Part shown: positions 26,731 to 42,653 of the stretch, in pieces
How the letters are laid out: each line of letters opens with the position of its first letter
Numbering within the stretch: position 1 is the first letter of the stretch
From: the human T2T-CHM13v2.0 reference genome, Homo sapiens
Assembly: GCF_009914755.1 (NCBI RefSeq)
Contig: NC_060925.1
Strand: one strand, 5' to 3'
DNA: 64,000 bases
Translations under genes and position numbers: made by a program
The notes under the pieces: model-generated
What the model was told of the DNA's origin: nothing
The model's database searches: none
Seen by the model: only the letters and a program-made list of their open reading frames with translations

Positions 26731-28926
26731 CTTTTCATGTTTATTTTAACTGGAGCCCACAAGTATAAATATGTGTGTGTATTAGGGATGGAAGGAGGGA
26801 GAGAGGGAGGACCTTGGGAGCAGCCAAGGTTTGAAGGCTGGAACACTTATGTCCCTTACTCTATGGTGCAGAGCAGAAGCTCATTGCGAGAAGGACCACT
26901 AGGGAGATGGGAAGAATACCTGGGGAGAGATTAGGGTGGAGGAGCTGCTCTTGAAGACCCGAAAAGGGATTTGGAAGTTTTATTCTGAAAGGCCAAGGCA
27001 GAGAGGAGCAATGGTCAGAGTCTGACCATTTGGCTCAGATTAGGTGAGTGTTTACATACTTAAAATCAAAATACTAGGAGGAAGGAACAGATTCAGATGC
27101 ACAAAAATAATTTGTCACATAAACTCATGGGCATGTGATCTCCAAGAGATACTGTTGGAAGATAGTATGCCTGGATTTAGGAACTGGGAGGGCATATTTT
27201 TGACTGACAGTGCCACCGCTGCTTCTGAAACATGATGGAACATTCCCCACCAAAAGTACTACCAGGTGCCCCAGGGCACCACCCTGGACAAACTGGAGAG
27301 CAGGCTGTGTAAGGCATTGCCTACATTCCTGCATGTGCCCAAGATAAAATTGTGGCCACCCTACCCGATGACTTGGAGGGAAGATGGAGCTGGTGGCTGC
27401 ATGACTTAGCCATGTGCTCCCCAAAGCATTTCAGGCCTGCCCTGCCCCACCCCGGGTCAAATCTGAAAAGTTCTCAAGCTCAGCAGGAAGTGGCCTCTGG
27501 TATCTCCTGCCCCTCGTCCAAGCCAGCAGGGCCTAAAGGGCCCTGAATCCTTTACTGACCCAATTTCAATGGTTTAAGATTATGTCTGCTTCTCTGGTGG
27601 AGGCCTCTTCATCAGTAGAGCTTAGAGAGTTGTGTAACTGGCAGGCAAAGAATGGGTCAGAGAGAGACTCGAGGAAAGAAAGCCAAGATGAATAAACCAC
27701 CACAGTTTGATGATCTGTTAAACTTGGTTTCTGAGCCTCTGACCCTCTCCTTGGGGCCCATCCTGGGCTTCATGTATAACAGTGTCTCCCTGGTATGTTT
27801 TTGCCTGGAGAAGCATTTCTTTTGTGATGCTGGGCCAAGTTCCAGTTTGTTCTTCAGATGACCCCGTCCCCTGACCCGAGCCCCACTGCTGCTTTTCTAA
27901 CTGCTATTGACTCACAAAGGGCAGACAGCCCTAGAACCCCTCCTGTTTCCCCTGTTGCTGGGAAACAGCTCCCAGAAACACCAGTGCGAGAACACTAGTA
28001 AGAGCAAGACCTCACATTTGTGTTGTTTTACAGTTTACAAAGCACTTTCATATCCATTATCTGATTGACTTCCAACAGCCACCCTATGATGTAGGTTTCA
28101 TTATCTCCACTTTACAAAGAAGGAAACAGGCTCAGAGAGGTGAAGTAACTCTCCAAAGTTCACACAGCTCCTGCCTAAAAAAGCCTAGACCAAACCCATT
28201 TCCCTTAACACCAAAGTCACTGTTTTCCTCATTGCATTACAGTGACTGAAGGTCCAGCAACTGAAGACTAAGCCCACTGCTGTTACTAACGCACTGTGCA
28301 CCCGGGTTTCTCTCGTGGCTCCAGGGAAACTCTGTGAGAGGGTGCTGGCCGTGAGGTCAGAGTGCTGGGCTGGACAAGTGAAATATTTACCCTGAGTGTT
28401 TGGAAACTGCCTGGTAGAGACAGTGAGAAGGAATCATGGTGCAGTGGGGGTAGCCAGAGACGAGAGCAGGATCAACAGTGCAGAAACACCGAGACAAGGG
28501 GCTGCTTAAGGGAAATGCTCAGGAACAGATATTGTGTGGCTTCGGGCAACTCATTCTCCCTCTCAGGGCCTCATGTTTGAAGCTAGAGGTTGCATTTAGA
28601 GTATCTCTAAGATCCTCGGATCTAAAATTTCGTGATGCTTTCCATGACGGGGGCAGTGGGCAGGCCGGCCTTGGTGCATGAACAATCAGGCATTTCTAGC
28701 CCCTGAGAGCAGTTTCCCAAAGAGCCTGCAGAGGGAGCTTCCCAAGGACCTTGGGTCCTTCCAGGGTTGACACCACTCACCACCCTCTGTGAGCCTGGGA
28801 GTTATGGGGTGAAAGGTCCCAACAAGCTCTTCTATCTGCTTGATGCAGGAGGCAGCATCCTTGGCCAGAGTAATGGGCTCTCTGCCTGGACCCCTCCCAG
28901 CCATCCCACTTCTCTTCCTTTTGCAG

Positions 28927-29049
28927 AGAAAGGTCTGGACATCTATCTCATCATTGGCATATGTGGAGGAGGCAGCCTCTTGATGGTCTTTGTGGCACTG
29001 CTCGTTTTCTATATCACCAAAAGGAAAAAACAGAGGAGTCGGAGAAATG
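28927..29049 (+). CDS. CD2: CD2 exon 4 (transmembrane)
   Basis: CAG acceptor; (E)KGLDIYLIIGICGGGSLLMVFVALLVFYITKRKKQRSRRN; donor GTAAGC; 123 nt. Confidence 0.99.
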
Positions 29050-30943
29050 GTAAGCTCCCCCTCTTTTGTCCCACCGCAGGCCCCAGCAAAATCCCCATGA
29101 AACAGCTCATGGGGATGACACCTTGAATCTGCAGAGAAAATGATGGAAATAGGTAGTTTCGGAATGTCAGGGTTGTAGTCAGCGGTTATAGCTTGTTTCA
29201 TTTTGTGGTTAGCTTGATTTTTGAAAAACAAATTCTTAGTGGTGACAATGTGGGAGCTTTGAGACACTGAATCCAGTTGGCCTCATTGGAATCCACCACT
29301 GAGGCCTACTTGGTGACAGGCTAATGTGAACATCTTTTGAATGAGCCACACTTCTCTACATAGGCAGAAAGGTTAGCTCCAAAACACCGTTTCTAGGAAT
29401 AAATGTCCTATCTATGGGTGGCCCAAGGTGAGTTCAGGACCAAGCTCCTAGAAACACAGGGAAAATCATTCAGGTCATCAGGTAGTCACAGGAAAACAGC
29501 TGTTCTAAAGCAGGGTGCCTGTGCCCCCTTTGCTAATTCTCTGTTCGAGGGATGTGTTAGGGTTGAGAGTTTTTCCTCAGATCAGGCCTGTCTGACAATC
29601 TATCAGCAATGAAAAGGTTATGCTTGCAAGTGGGGAGCCGGCTTAGGGAGCATCCAGGCCACCCAAGGCAGAACACTTCAGAGAATGGCCAACCCGGGGT
29701 CACTGTGGGGGGCACAGATGAGGGTGTCAGCCATTGGCGGGACTTGCAGCCAAGGGAACAGGCCCTGGGGTTCTCTGCAATTCACGTTCACAGCAGGACT
29801 TGGTCTCTCCCTAGAACCGGCAGGCACAGCCACACCAGCTGCTTCCAGTGCTGCCCAGGGAGGTGGTCCAAACTTCCCCAGGCACCGGTGGCCTTGGGCC
29901 CCGTGCCCTCTGGATTTGGCTTCTTTACCTCAGATTTCTTCCTCAGTTCTCCTTCTGCCTCCCCATCAGGCTGCGGTCCCTCAGCCCCACGTCCCATCAC
30001 GTCACTACCCCCAGCCCAGGCCCCGAAACATCATCCTGAACTTAGTCCCATTCTTCCCACCACGACTGTCCCACACTTTCCACCACAGCACAGCAGAATC
30101 GCTGGCAGGGCCCTTAGGCATGCCTGGCTTATCCTCCTCTGTGCCCAGCTCTGGCTGTTCTCCATGCTCCTCTCCATGCTCCTTCTCCATTGACTAATGG
30201 TCAAAGACCATATCTTCTTCCAAGGTGGACCTCACTTGTCACCCCAAGACAAGGCAATCTCTGCCATCACCAGGCTGAGAAGAATGATGGTTAGCTCATG
30301 CTGATAAAAAAGTCGTTAGTCTCTGTGTTTTATGTCTATTAGTGCATCCAGCTTTCAGAGTGATCTTAGGAGATAGATAACAACACAGATGAGGAAGCTT
30401 AAGTTCAGTGAGGTTCAATTATTTGCCTTAAATCCTATGGCCAGTAGGTTGACTCAGGCCTAGGCCGAGGCAAGGAGCCCAGAATTTAAGGCATAGAATT
30501 TAAGGAGGCTGGCCTGCCCTTGCACAACCTGAAAGTTGGTGTGTCTTTAAACTGCATGCCTGTCAGCCTCGCTTGCCTCATTCCAGTCATGCCCTGGGTT
30601 GAGTAACCAGGAGATGCAAACAAGGGAGAAGGACAATGAGCCTGGAGGAATTCCTGGGAGCACACATTTAGGCGCCAGCTGCAGCTGCTGGAGTGGGTAG
30701 GCTGAGGACCCACTGTCCTGCTTGAACCAGGCAGGGTGCACAGAGCCGTAGCCAACCTTGTCTGTCCAACCCTGCCTGCAGTCTCAGCCATGTGGCTACA
30801 CCCCATTCCTCCTACCAGAGCTCATGTGCCTCTGTCTACACTTTCTGGTGGCCCTGGGCTCTTCACAGAAATTGACATTGCGATTTTCAGTTCTTGTTTG
30901 CCTCTTACTTGATTTTAGGCTTCCTGAGGACAATTTGTGTCTA

Positions 30944-31332
<389 letters not shown>

Positions 31333-31755
31333 ATAGTGGGTGAACAGAGTAGTAAACCAATGGCCAGTGCAAGCTTGCCACATAGGAGATGAAGAAGGAC
31401 CACCCACTGCCCCATAATTCAGAACTAGGGCCAGGGGTTAGAGCCCTCTCCACAGTCTACTGGACATAACCTAAGCAATGACTGCAGGGCACGGAAGATG
31501 GCATAGAGGATGTGTTTTGTCCTTTCTGGAGGCCCTTTCCTCTTTGTGCTTAGAGCACACGAGCCATTTAGGTATCAAAATCACATTGTCTAACTTTGAC
31601 TCTACACTCAAAGCCATCTGATGCTCACATTTCATGTAGTCAGAGGAGGCCATCTGGTTTGAATCAACATCCGGAAGTTACAGGGTGATGCTTAGAGAGG
31701 GCTTGTGCTTCCCCAGCCACACATCTCCATAAAGATGTAAGAGGTAATTATTTCA

Positions 31756-32051
<296 letters not shown>

Positions 32052-32906
32052 GAGGTAATTATTTCACCCCAGGGAAAAACTTCTCTTCCTACCTCCCTCT
32101 GGAGCCACTGCAAAGACGGCCTTGGGTGCAGGGACTGAAATACCTAACTTACAGCCTAAAGGAGTCCAGAGGGGCCAGCAGGGTGCTCCAGGCCTCTAGC
32201 AGCTGGGCACCTTCACAGATTCCCTGTGATTTTAAGAGTACAGGAAAAACTACATTACGAGTAGCTGTAGGCCTGCTTTCATGGACTGAAGTCACACAAA
32301 GAAGAAAATCCTGAAGGGTGAGGAGAGGAGGAGTTCTTTCCCTCCTAAGGCCAAGAACATAGGTCTTGAATTTCTGAGAAGCGAGTAAATTTCTAAGGAC
32401 AAAAAGTTCCTTGCATGTGTTCCAACCTCTTGCCGGAAGGTGGATTGCATGACAGTAGAATTGGGGGAAAGGCAGATCTAACATAGAAATGCCTCAGAAG
32501 GAATGTAGTTACTAATATCCTCCATGACTGCTCATAACCCCTTCCCATGCGCTCTAACCATGAGGTTCTTGCTCTCAGGGAACAATTTCTAGGTCAGCAC
32601 AGAGGTAGGGTTCCAGGTCTGCGTGCTCTCTCTGATCATGGGAGCCCCAGGCACAAAGCCCTCCACCCATGTGTCTTCTTCCTGCTGATTCCTTGAGTTC
32701 TCTTGTCCTAGGCTTTCACTCTACCTTATGGTGAGCACTTCTTTCTCTCCTACAAGCTTAGAGTTCTCAGATAGTAGGGGCAACTTCTGCTTCCTCATTG
32801 CATCCCCCAAAGCAGCTAGCATGGCGCCTTGCATATAAAAGGTACTCAATATTTACATTGATTTCACCTGGCCAAGATGAACTCTATTGAGGTTTTGTTG
32901 TTGCAG

Positions 32907-33226
32907 ATGAGGAGCTGGAGACAAGAGCCCACAGAGTAGCTACTGAAGAAAGGGGCCGGAAGCCCCACCAAATTCCAGCTTCAACCCCTCAGAATCCAGC
33001 AACTTCCCAACATCCTCCTCCACCACCTGGTCATCGTTCCCAGGCACCTAGTCATCGTCCCCCGCCTCCTGGACACCGTGTTCAGCACCAGCCTCAGAAG
33101 AGGCCTCCTGCTCCGTCGGGCACACAAGTTCACCAGCAGAAAGGCCCGCCCCTCCCCAGACCTCGAGTTCAGCCAAAACCTCCCCATGGGGCAGCAGAAA
33201 ACTCATTGTCCCCTTCCTCTAATTAA
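32907..33226 (+). CDS. CD2: CD2 exon 5 coding part (proline-rich cytoplasmic tail)
   Basis: (D)EELETRAHR...PPPPGHR x2...PPLPRPRV...SPSSN-TAA; 320 nt. The five exons sum to 1056 nt = 351 aa plus stop. Confidence 0.99.
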
Positions 33227-33249
33227 AAAAGATAGAAACTGTCTTTTTC

Positions 33250-33255
33250 AATAAA
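33250..33255 (+). terminator. CD2: CD2 proximal poly(A) signal
   Basis: AATAAA 23 nt after the stop codon. Confidence 0.7.
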
Positions 33256-33653
33256 AAGCACTGTGGATTTCTGCCCTCCTGATGTGCATATCCGTACTTC
33301 CATGAGGTGTTTTCTGTGTGCAGAACATTGTCACCTCCTGAGGCTGTGGGCCACAGCCACCTCTGCATCTTCGAACTCAGCCATGTGGTCAACATCTGGA
33401 GTTTTTGGTCTCCTCAGAGAGCTCCATCACACCAGTAAGGAGAAGCAATATAAGTGTGATTGCAAGAATGGTAGAGGACCGAGCACAGAAATCTTAGAGA
33501 TTTCTTGTCCCCTCTCAGGTCATGTGTAGATGCGATAAATCAAGTGATTGGTGTGCCTGGGTCTCACTACAAGCAGCCTATCTGCTTAAGAGACTCTGGA
33601 GTTTCTTATGTGCCCTGGTGGACACTTGCCCACCATCCTGTGAGTAAAAGTGA

Positions 33654-33659
33654 AATAAA
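33654..33659 (+). terminator. CD2: CD2 distal poly(A) signal
   Basis: AATAAA followed by GT-rich sequence (cccgtgtctgctcattgtgtg). Confidence 0.85.
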
Positions 33660-33949
33660 AGCTTTGACTAGACCCGTGTCTGCTCATTGTGTGAAGGATC
33701 CCAGTGTCGAGGAGAGGAAGCTGCCGAATAAGAAAGAGCCTCGCTGGTGTGACAGCAGGATCAAATTCAGTCAACTCAATCCGGCTGAGACCTCCTTAGT
33801 CCTCACCAGAATGACCCGAACATGCTCCCCAGGTCTCAGCTGCAAAGCTGGGTCCAACAACCTATTTGTAGATTTCCATAATGAATTAAAGCCTCCATGC
33901 ACAAACGTTAACAGGAGTCACCAGAAAACTTAACATTTTAGGTCTTACT

Positions 33950-35300
<1,351 letters not shown>

Positions 35301-38300
35301 CAGACTGAGTGGTAAGACTGGGGTGACAAAGAGGGCTTCCTAGAGGAGGGACGTTTGGGTTGCGTTGTAATAGATTAATTGAACTGGTGAAGCAGAGGTA
35401 CAGAATTACCCATGTAGAGGCAACAGCATGAGCAAGGCTCATTTGGCTTTCTGTTTACACAAACATGTAGTTTCTTTTTCAACTACTGTATTTAACTGAT
35501 TTGAAGATGTCATTGATTTTTCAACTACTGTTTTCAACTTTTTGTATTTCTTTTTCTTTTTTAACAACTATATTTAACTAATTTGAAGATGGCATTGATT
35601 TTAAGTGGCATCATTCTTTTACATGCCACTAAGAAAGAGAAGAACACTTCTCAGTTGCATTGTAACAAATACTAAGATACAGTCAACTTTCAGTCACAAT
35701 CCCATTCCTGAGATATTAAAATGTGAAAAAATGTTATTTTATGTTAGTGCATTTTAGAATTGATGAAATGCATAGTAAAGAAGCTTTTTGAGTACAATGA
35801 CCATTTCTCAATATCGCTGCCAGCACTTTATTGAAGCTATCATTAGCCAATTGATTCAATGGGTGAGCCCAGTCCTGATGAAAGGAAGGGAAGTGAACAT
35901 ACACAACATGCTTGTCCTCCTTATCCAGGGAAGATAAGACAGATTCTCTGCCCTGCACCACCATTAGGTGGGAAACACGAACCTTGCTTAAGATTTGTGC
36001 TGCTGTCACCCACCTGTCTGACACTGTGTGACATCCCACTGAACCTGCCCCAGAGCATGGACATTCTGAGAAGTAGTCAGGCCAGCTGCGTAGGAATAGC
36101 TTGTAGAGCTTGTGAAAAAAAAAAAAATGCTGACACTTCTGTCAGTCAGGTTGGGGGCCAAATAAACATATTTTTAAACAACCTCTCCAGCTGATTCCAA
36201 TGGGCATTCAAGTTGTAGACAACCTTGGAGACTATAGATAATGCAGTATTGTAAGAAAAATAAACAGTTGTAGCCCAGTTAGCTATTCCCCCACAAGCAA
36301 ATCTCCAATAAGAAGGCCAACCATGTTGGAAAAAATATCCACATAATTTAAGGCACTGGAACATCGCAGAGGTTTATATGAAGACAGAAAATTTAGAGGT
36401 TTCTGATAGCCTATCTGCCCACCCTAAATAATAGTCTAATACTAGCAGCTGGACCAGCTTAGCTCCAAAAGGGTCTCAACTGTAAACTGGGAAATTTCAT
36501 CTCAGTCCTCCTGCTCCTTTTCCTTTGCTAATTTTCTAATGTTAGGCTCCTTACCCATGCTCAGTGGGTTGCAGTGACTTGGTGACTCAAGTTCACCAAT
36601 AAGTTTGCCACCTCAGGACCACTGTACATGCTGTTCCTATTATACATGCTGTTCCCACTGCCCACACTTTTCACCTGGCTCTTCACCTGTCCACATTCTT
36701 CTTTCAGAGTTCAGACAGAAAGTCATTTCCTGGGGGAGACCTTTCCTAACTCTTGAACTCCACTGTAACGTGAATCTTGTGTGAGACCATCTCTGTGTCC
36801 AGTTCTGTGCCCATGAAGTTCAATGTAGTAGAAGACTCACAGGTATCGAAGCCAGGAAGTTCTGACTCTCTCTCTCACTGGATTTGTAAGCTTGAGTAAT
36901 TTATTCAGCTTCTGTAAACACTGATTTTCTCATCTGCTAAATGAGGATAACACCTCACAAGGTTAGAGTGAGGACTAAATGGAAATAATGTATGTAATGT
37001 AACAAATATATCCTTGTGTACAGAATGCATCTGAAAACTGTGAGCTTTATTTCTGGCATGATACTCAAGAAGGAATATCCTGGATGGCACATATAAATGG
37101 GCTAGTTATTGGAAAGACACACAGCTCATTATAAATTGATAAATAAGCACTCTGTAAGGTGACTTAGTCTGCTATGAGTTTGATTCATCTGAGTCAGTTT
37201 CATAATGTTGCCTCACATGGAACAAATGGATGATAAAATCCTACACCAGAGGTATTTAAAGCTAAAGAACAGACCTGTGAGGCCACCTCGCAAATCCTAG
37301 ATTGAGTCACCAGCCTTCTGTCACTTCCCTGGCTTCATAAGCAGGGTTTTCCTGAAGAAAAAATGCCAGGACATTACTTAAGTACATGGCATCTTTCTGG
37401 TTTATTTATAGCAACACAGAACAAAAGGATGAGGAAACAAGGGAAAATTCTGATCTTTTTAATTGCCTACCAGACAATGACATTACAAAAAAGAAACTAC
37501 AGGCCAACAACTCTCACAGATACAGATGCAAAATTTTTCAAAAAATATTAACAAATCAAATTTGACTGACAATGTATAAAAAGGACTATACATTACAACC
37601 AAGTGGGATTAATCTCAGGTATGCAAAGCTGGTTCAACATTTGTAAATCAATTAGTATAATCTATCATATCCACAAGCTAATGAAGAAAAATCACATGAT
37701 CCTATAAGTAGATACAAAAAAAGAATTTGACTCCTGTTTATCAACACCTGTTTATCAAAAAAACTTTTGGTAACTGGGAAGAGAGGGAAACTTCCTCAAC
37801 TTGATTAAAAAAAAATCTACAAAAAAGACATGCACCTAACATTTTACTTAACAATGAGAAACTCTAAACTTTCCAGTAAGATCAGGAATCAGGATGTTTC
37901 CTCTCACCACTGTTTCTCAACATCATATTAGAAGTCTTAGCTAGTGCAATAATACAAGAAAAGGAAATAAAATGTATGCAGGTTGGGAAGAAATAAATAA
38001 AACTATCTTTGTAGATGACATGATCGTTTGTGTAGAAAATCTGAAAGAATCAACAACAAAATAATACTGGAACTAATAAGGGATTATATTAATAGCAAGG
38101 TTGTATTAAATAATTCTTACAAGGTTAATATTAAAAAGTCCATCAGTTTCCCGTATACCAACAATGAACAAGTGCAATTTGAAATTAAAGACATAATACC
38201 ATTTACATTAGCACTCAAAAAATGAAATACTTAGGTATAGATTTACATGAAGAAAACTACAAAACTCTAATGAACAAAATAAAGGAAGAACCAAATAAAT

Positions 38301-38396
38301 GGAGAGCTATTTTATGTTCATGGATAGGAAGACTCAATGTTGCCAAGATATTAATTCTTCCCAACTCAATCTGTAGATTCCGTGTAATCCTGGTCA

Positions 38397-38834
<438 letters not shown>

Positions 38835-38957
38835 TCAAGATGTACTATAAAGCTACAGTAATCAAAATAGTATGGTATTGGTGAAAGAAGAGACAAATAG
38901 ATCAAATGGAACAGAATAGAGAGCCAGAGAAACCCATATAAATTTCATCGTCTTGTC

Positions 38958-39166
38958 CAAGCTTGTCCAACCCTCAGCCCGCGGGCACCATGCAGCTCAG
39001 GATGGCTTTGAATGTGGCCCGACACAAATTTGCCAACTTTCTTAAAACATTATGAGATTTTTTTTCTGTACTCATCAACTGTTGTTAGTGTTAGTGTATT
39101 TTATGTGTGACCCCATTCTTCTTCTTCCAGTGTGGCCCAGGGAAGCCAAAGGATTGGACACCCCTG
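38958..39166. mobile_element. MER30-type hAT fossil
   Basis: Ends CAAGCTTGTCCAA ... TTGGACACCCCTG with a MER30-like interior. Confidence 0.8.
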
Positions 39167-39328
39167 ATTTGACAAAGGAGCAAAAGCCAAACAATGGAGA
39201 AAGAATGGTCTCTTCAACAAATAATGCTGGAACAACTTGACATCCACATACACAAAGAGAAAAATGAATCTAGACACAGATTTAACAGCCTTCATAAAAA
39301 TCAACTCAAATTAATTACAGACCTAAAT

Positions 39329-40078
39329 TTGGTGGCCTGGATACTAAATTTATTTATTTTAAGGAATAGTACAAATCAAAGAACTTAAGTGGATGTTTTG
39401 GCATAACTTACAGAAAAGGTAAAGGAAACCCCACCGTGCAGGCACTGCTTCGGTCCAGAGAGGTCACCCCGTGGCTACAGGAAACGAGCCTAAGGCTTAG
39501 CTGTCATTATCCCTCTCTCCCAGAGATTCTGCCAGGCCAGATGCCCGGCTCTCGTCCTGCACAAGTTGGTCACGTGGACACCCAATTCTTTGATGGATTT
39601 CACTGGTTCATTGAGGTAATGTGTCTCAATAAGGTGACACAAGCGGGAGCCGTTTTTACGCAGTTCCAATAGTGACCGATTCACGTGTTTTCCAAGTGTA
39701 AGACACACTCCATCGCATTCAGCCGGTTCTCCGCCTGGTGTCTTGACTCCTGAAGGAAGACTCCGCCCCTTCGTTGTTTCTGCAGCTTCATCGGTTTCTC
39801 AGCGGGCTCCCTCTCCTCATGAGATTAGTGAAGAAATAAGTTTTTGGCAAAATTCCTCAAAGCTACGTTATGGCGGTGAAAGCATCAGATGTGGACAGGT
39901 AGATGGAGGAGGCTGGAGCGCCAGGTTGACCGGGGGCCTCAGGGCGGTCCCAGCGCACGGTGAGGAGGTGGAAGCTCTGGCTCTGAGCCGCCAGCCGCTG
40001 GGGCACGGGAAAAGCGCCAGTTCCCTCCAAGCACAGGTGAAGCAGGAAACCGCGGTGACTGTCGGCGAAGAACATCTC
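39329..40078 (-). pseudogene. FTH1P22: Processed pseudogene of ferritin heavy chain (FTH1)
   Basis: Minus ORF ...[35 protein letters not shown] matches FTH1; FTH1-like 5' UTR with degenerate IRE and 3' UTR; intronless; TSD CAGACCTAAAT at 39318-39328 and 40079-40089. The FTH1 call is firm; the paralogue number is from memory and less certain. Confidence 0.9.
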
Positions 40079-40242
40079 CAGACCTAAATATTAGATGCAA
40101 AATTATAAAATGCCTAGAAGATAATCGGAGAAAACCTGGAGGACCTTGGTCTTGGCAGTGACTCTTTAGATACAACATCTAAGGCAAGATCCATGAAAGA
40201 AAAAATTAATAAGCTAGACGTCATTAAGGTTAAAATTTTCTT

Positions 40243-40561
40243 GGGTAGGTTTAGTGGATCACGCCTGTAATCCCAGCACTTTGGGAGGTCAAGGCGGGAA
40301 GATTGTTTGAGCCTAGGAGTTTGATACCAGCCTGGGCAATATAGTAAGACCCTGTTTCTATAAAAATTTTCTTAAAAAACTAGCCCAGCAGGGTGGTACA
40401 CACCTGTAGTCCCAGCTACTAGGGAGGCTGTGGTAGGAGGACCACCTCAGCTAGGGAGGCAGAGGTTGCCATGAGCCGTGATCATGCCACTGCACTCCAA
40501 CCTGGGCGACAGAGCAAGACCTTGTCTGAAAATTAAATTAAATTAAATTAAATTAAATTAA
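40243..40561 (+). mobile_element. Alu (AluJ-like) with (AAATT)n tail
   Basis: Dimeric Alu nested in L1. Confidence 0.9.
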
Positions 40562-41230
40562 CATTTTTTTGCTCTGTGAAAGACAGTCAAGAAAATGAAA
40601 AGACAAGCCACAGGCTATGAGAAATTATTTGCAAAAGACATGCCAGTTAAAGGATTATTATTCAAAATATACAAAGAACTCTTAAAACTCAACAATAAGA
40701 AAACAAGCAACCAGATTAAAAATGACCAAAGACCTTGACAGACACCTCACCAAAGGAGATATACAGATGGCAAACACCTAAGCACACAAAGAGATGCTCT
40801 ATATCATATGTCATCAGGAAAAATGCAAATTAAAACAACAATGAGAATACCGCTACATACCTATTAGAATGGCCAAAGTCCAGAATACTGACAACACTAA
40901 ATGCCAGTGAGGATGTGGAGCAACAGGAACTCTCAAACATTGCTGGTGGGAATGCAAATGGTACAGCCACTTTTAAAGACAGTTTGGCAGTTTCTTATAA
41001 AACTGTACATACTTTCCCCATACAATCCAGCAGTCATATTCCTTGGTATTTACCGAAAGAAGTTGAAAACTTGTTCCTACAAAAGACTGCCCACACATGC
41101 CCAGAGCACCTTTATTTATAATGACACCACTTGGAAGCAACCAAGGTGTCCTTCAGTAAGTGAACGGATAAATAAACTGTGGTACATCCAAACAACGAAA
41201 TATTAGTCAGTGTGAAAAAAGTGAGCTATC

Positions 41231-41531
<301 letters not shown>

Positions 41532-42384
41532 TTAGCTATCAAGCCATGAAAAGACATGGAAGACTTAGATGCATATTACTAAGTGAAAGGAGCCAATCTA
41601 AAATGTCTACACATACCATATGATTCCAACTATATGACACTCTGGAAAAGGCAAAACTGTGGCAACGGTAAAAAGATTAGTGGTCGCTAGGTGTCAGATG
41701 GCAGGAAGGGATACATAGCAGGAGACAGATACTTTTCAGAGATTTGAGAATACTTTGATTGATACTATAATGGTGGATACTTGCCTTTACACATTTGTTC
41801 AAACTCAGAATGTACGTCAAGAGTGAACCTTATTGTAAACTATGGGCTTTAGGTGATAATGATTTGTCAATGTAGACTTATCGATTGTTAAAAAATGCAC
41901 CAGTCTTGGTTGGGGATGTTGATAATGGGGAAGGCTATGTGTGTTGGCGGAGATAGGGGGGATATGGGAAATTTCTATAACTTCCTCTGAATTATGCTGT
42001 AAATCTAAAACTGTTCTGAAAAATAAAGTCTATTTTTTTAAAGTGCTTACCAAGGACCTAGCACCATGAAAGAAAATGTATTCACACCAAGATATATGAT
42101 TGTAAAACTTCAGAACACTGGGACAAAGATTAGAAGGGGAGAGAGGAAAAGGGGTAAGGGGAAGGAAGAAGAAAAAAGGCAGTGGAGAGAGAGACAGAGA
42201 GAGACACCATACCAAGTATCAAGAATTAGAAAGAATTAGAATAGCACTGGATTTCTCAACAACTATACTGGAAGCTAGAAGACAACAAAGCGATGCTTTC
42301 AAATTCTGGGGAATTTTCAGCTTAGTATTCTAGGCAAACTATCAACTATGCATGTGGCTTATAGAGAAAACATGTGTTATACAA

Positions 42385-42653
42385 GCTTTTCTGAGGCATG
42401 AGTCATAGTGCTGGTGGCCATGAGTTCAATGTTAATGCATCAACAATATATCTCAAATAAGATGTCTTTAAACAGAAACACACATAAAATTAGGTTTTGT
42501 ATTGATCAGTTGACTCACTGTTTACTCACTCAGTGTTAAGGCTCACAGGAATCTAACCCTGTATTTCCCCTGGGAGCAATGTTTCAGTTTGCTAAGTCAG
42601 TGTTTGCAATAACTTTACAGAGCATAACTACCATGAATAGTGAGAATCGGCTG
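42385..42653. mobile_element. MER82-like (Tigger family) fragment
   Basis: Ends ...ataactaccatgaatagtgagaatcggctg|TA. Family from memory. Confidence 0.65.

Noticed and set aside
28686-29267. 193-aa minus-strand ORF overlapping CD2 exon 4
   Set aside because: Antisense to a real exon, no recognisable domain, no supporting gene structure.
29609-30197. Overlapping 194-aa and 170-aa ORFs in intron 4
   Set aside because: GC-rich intronic sequence with no recognisable homology; the CD2 CDS is complete without it. The region could be regulatory, but I cannot support that from sequence.
40019-40050. Functional iron-responsive element
   Set aside because: The loop is CUGUGC instead of CAGUGC and the upper stem is mismatched; it lies in a pseudogene.
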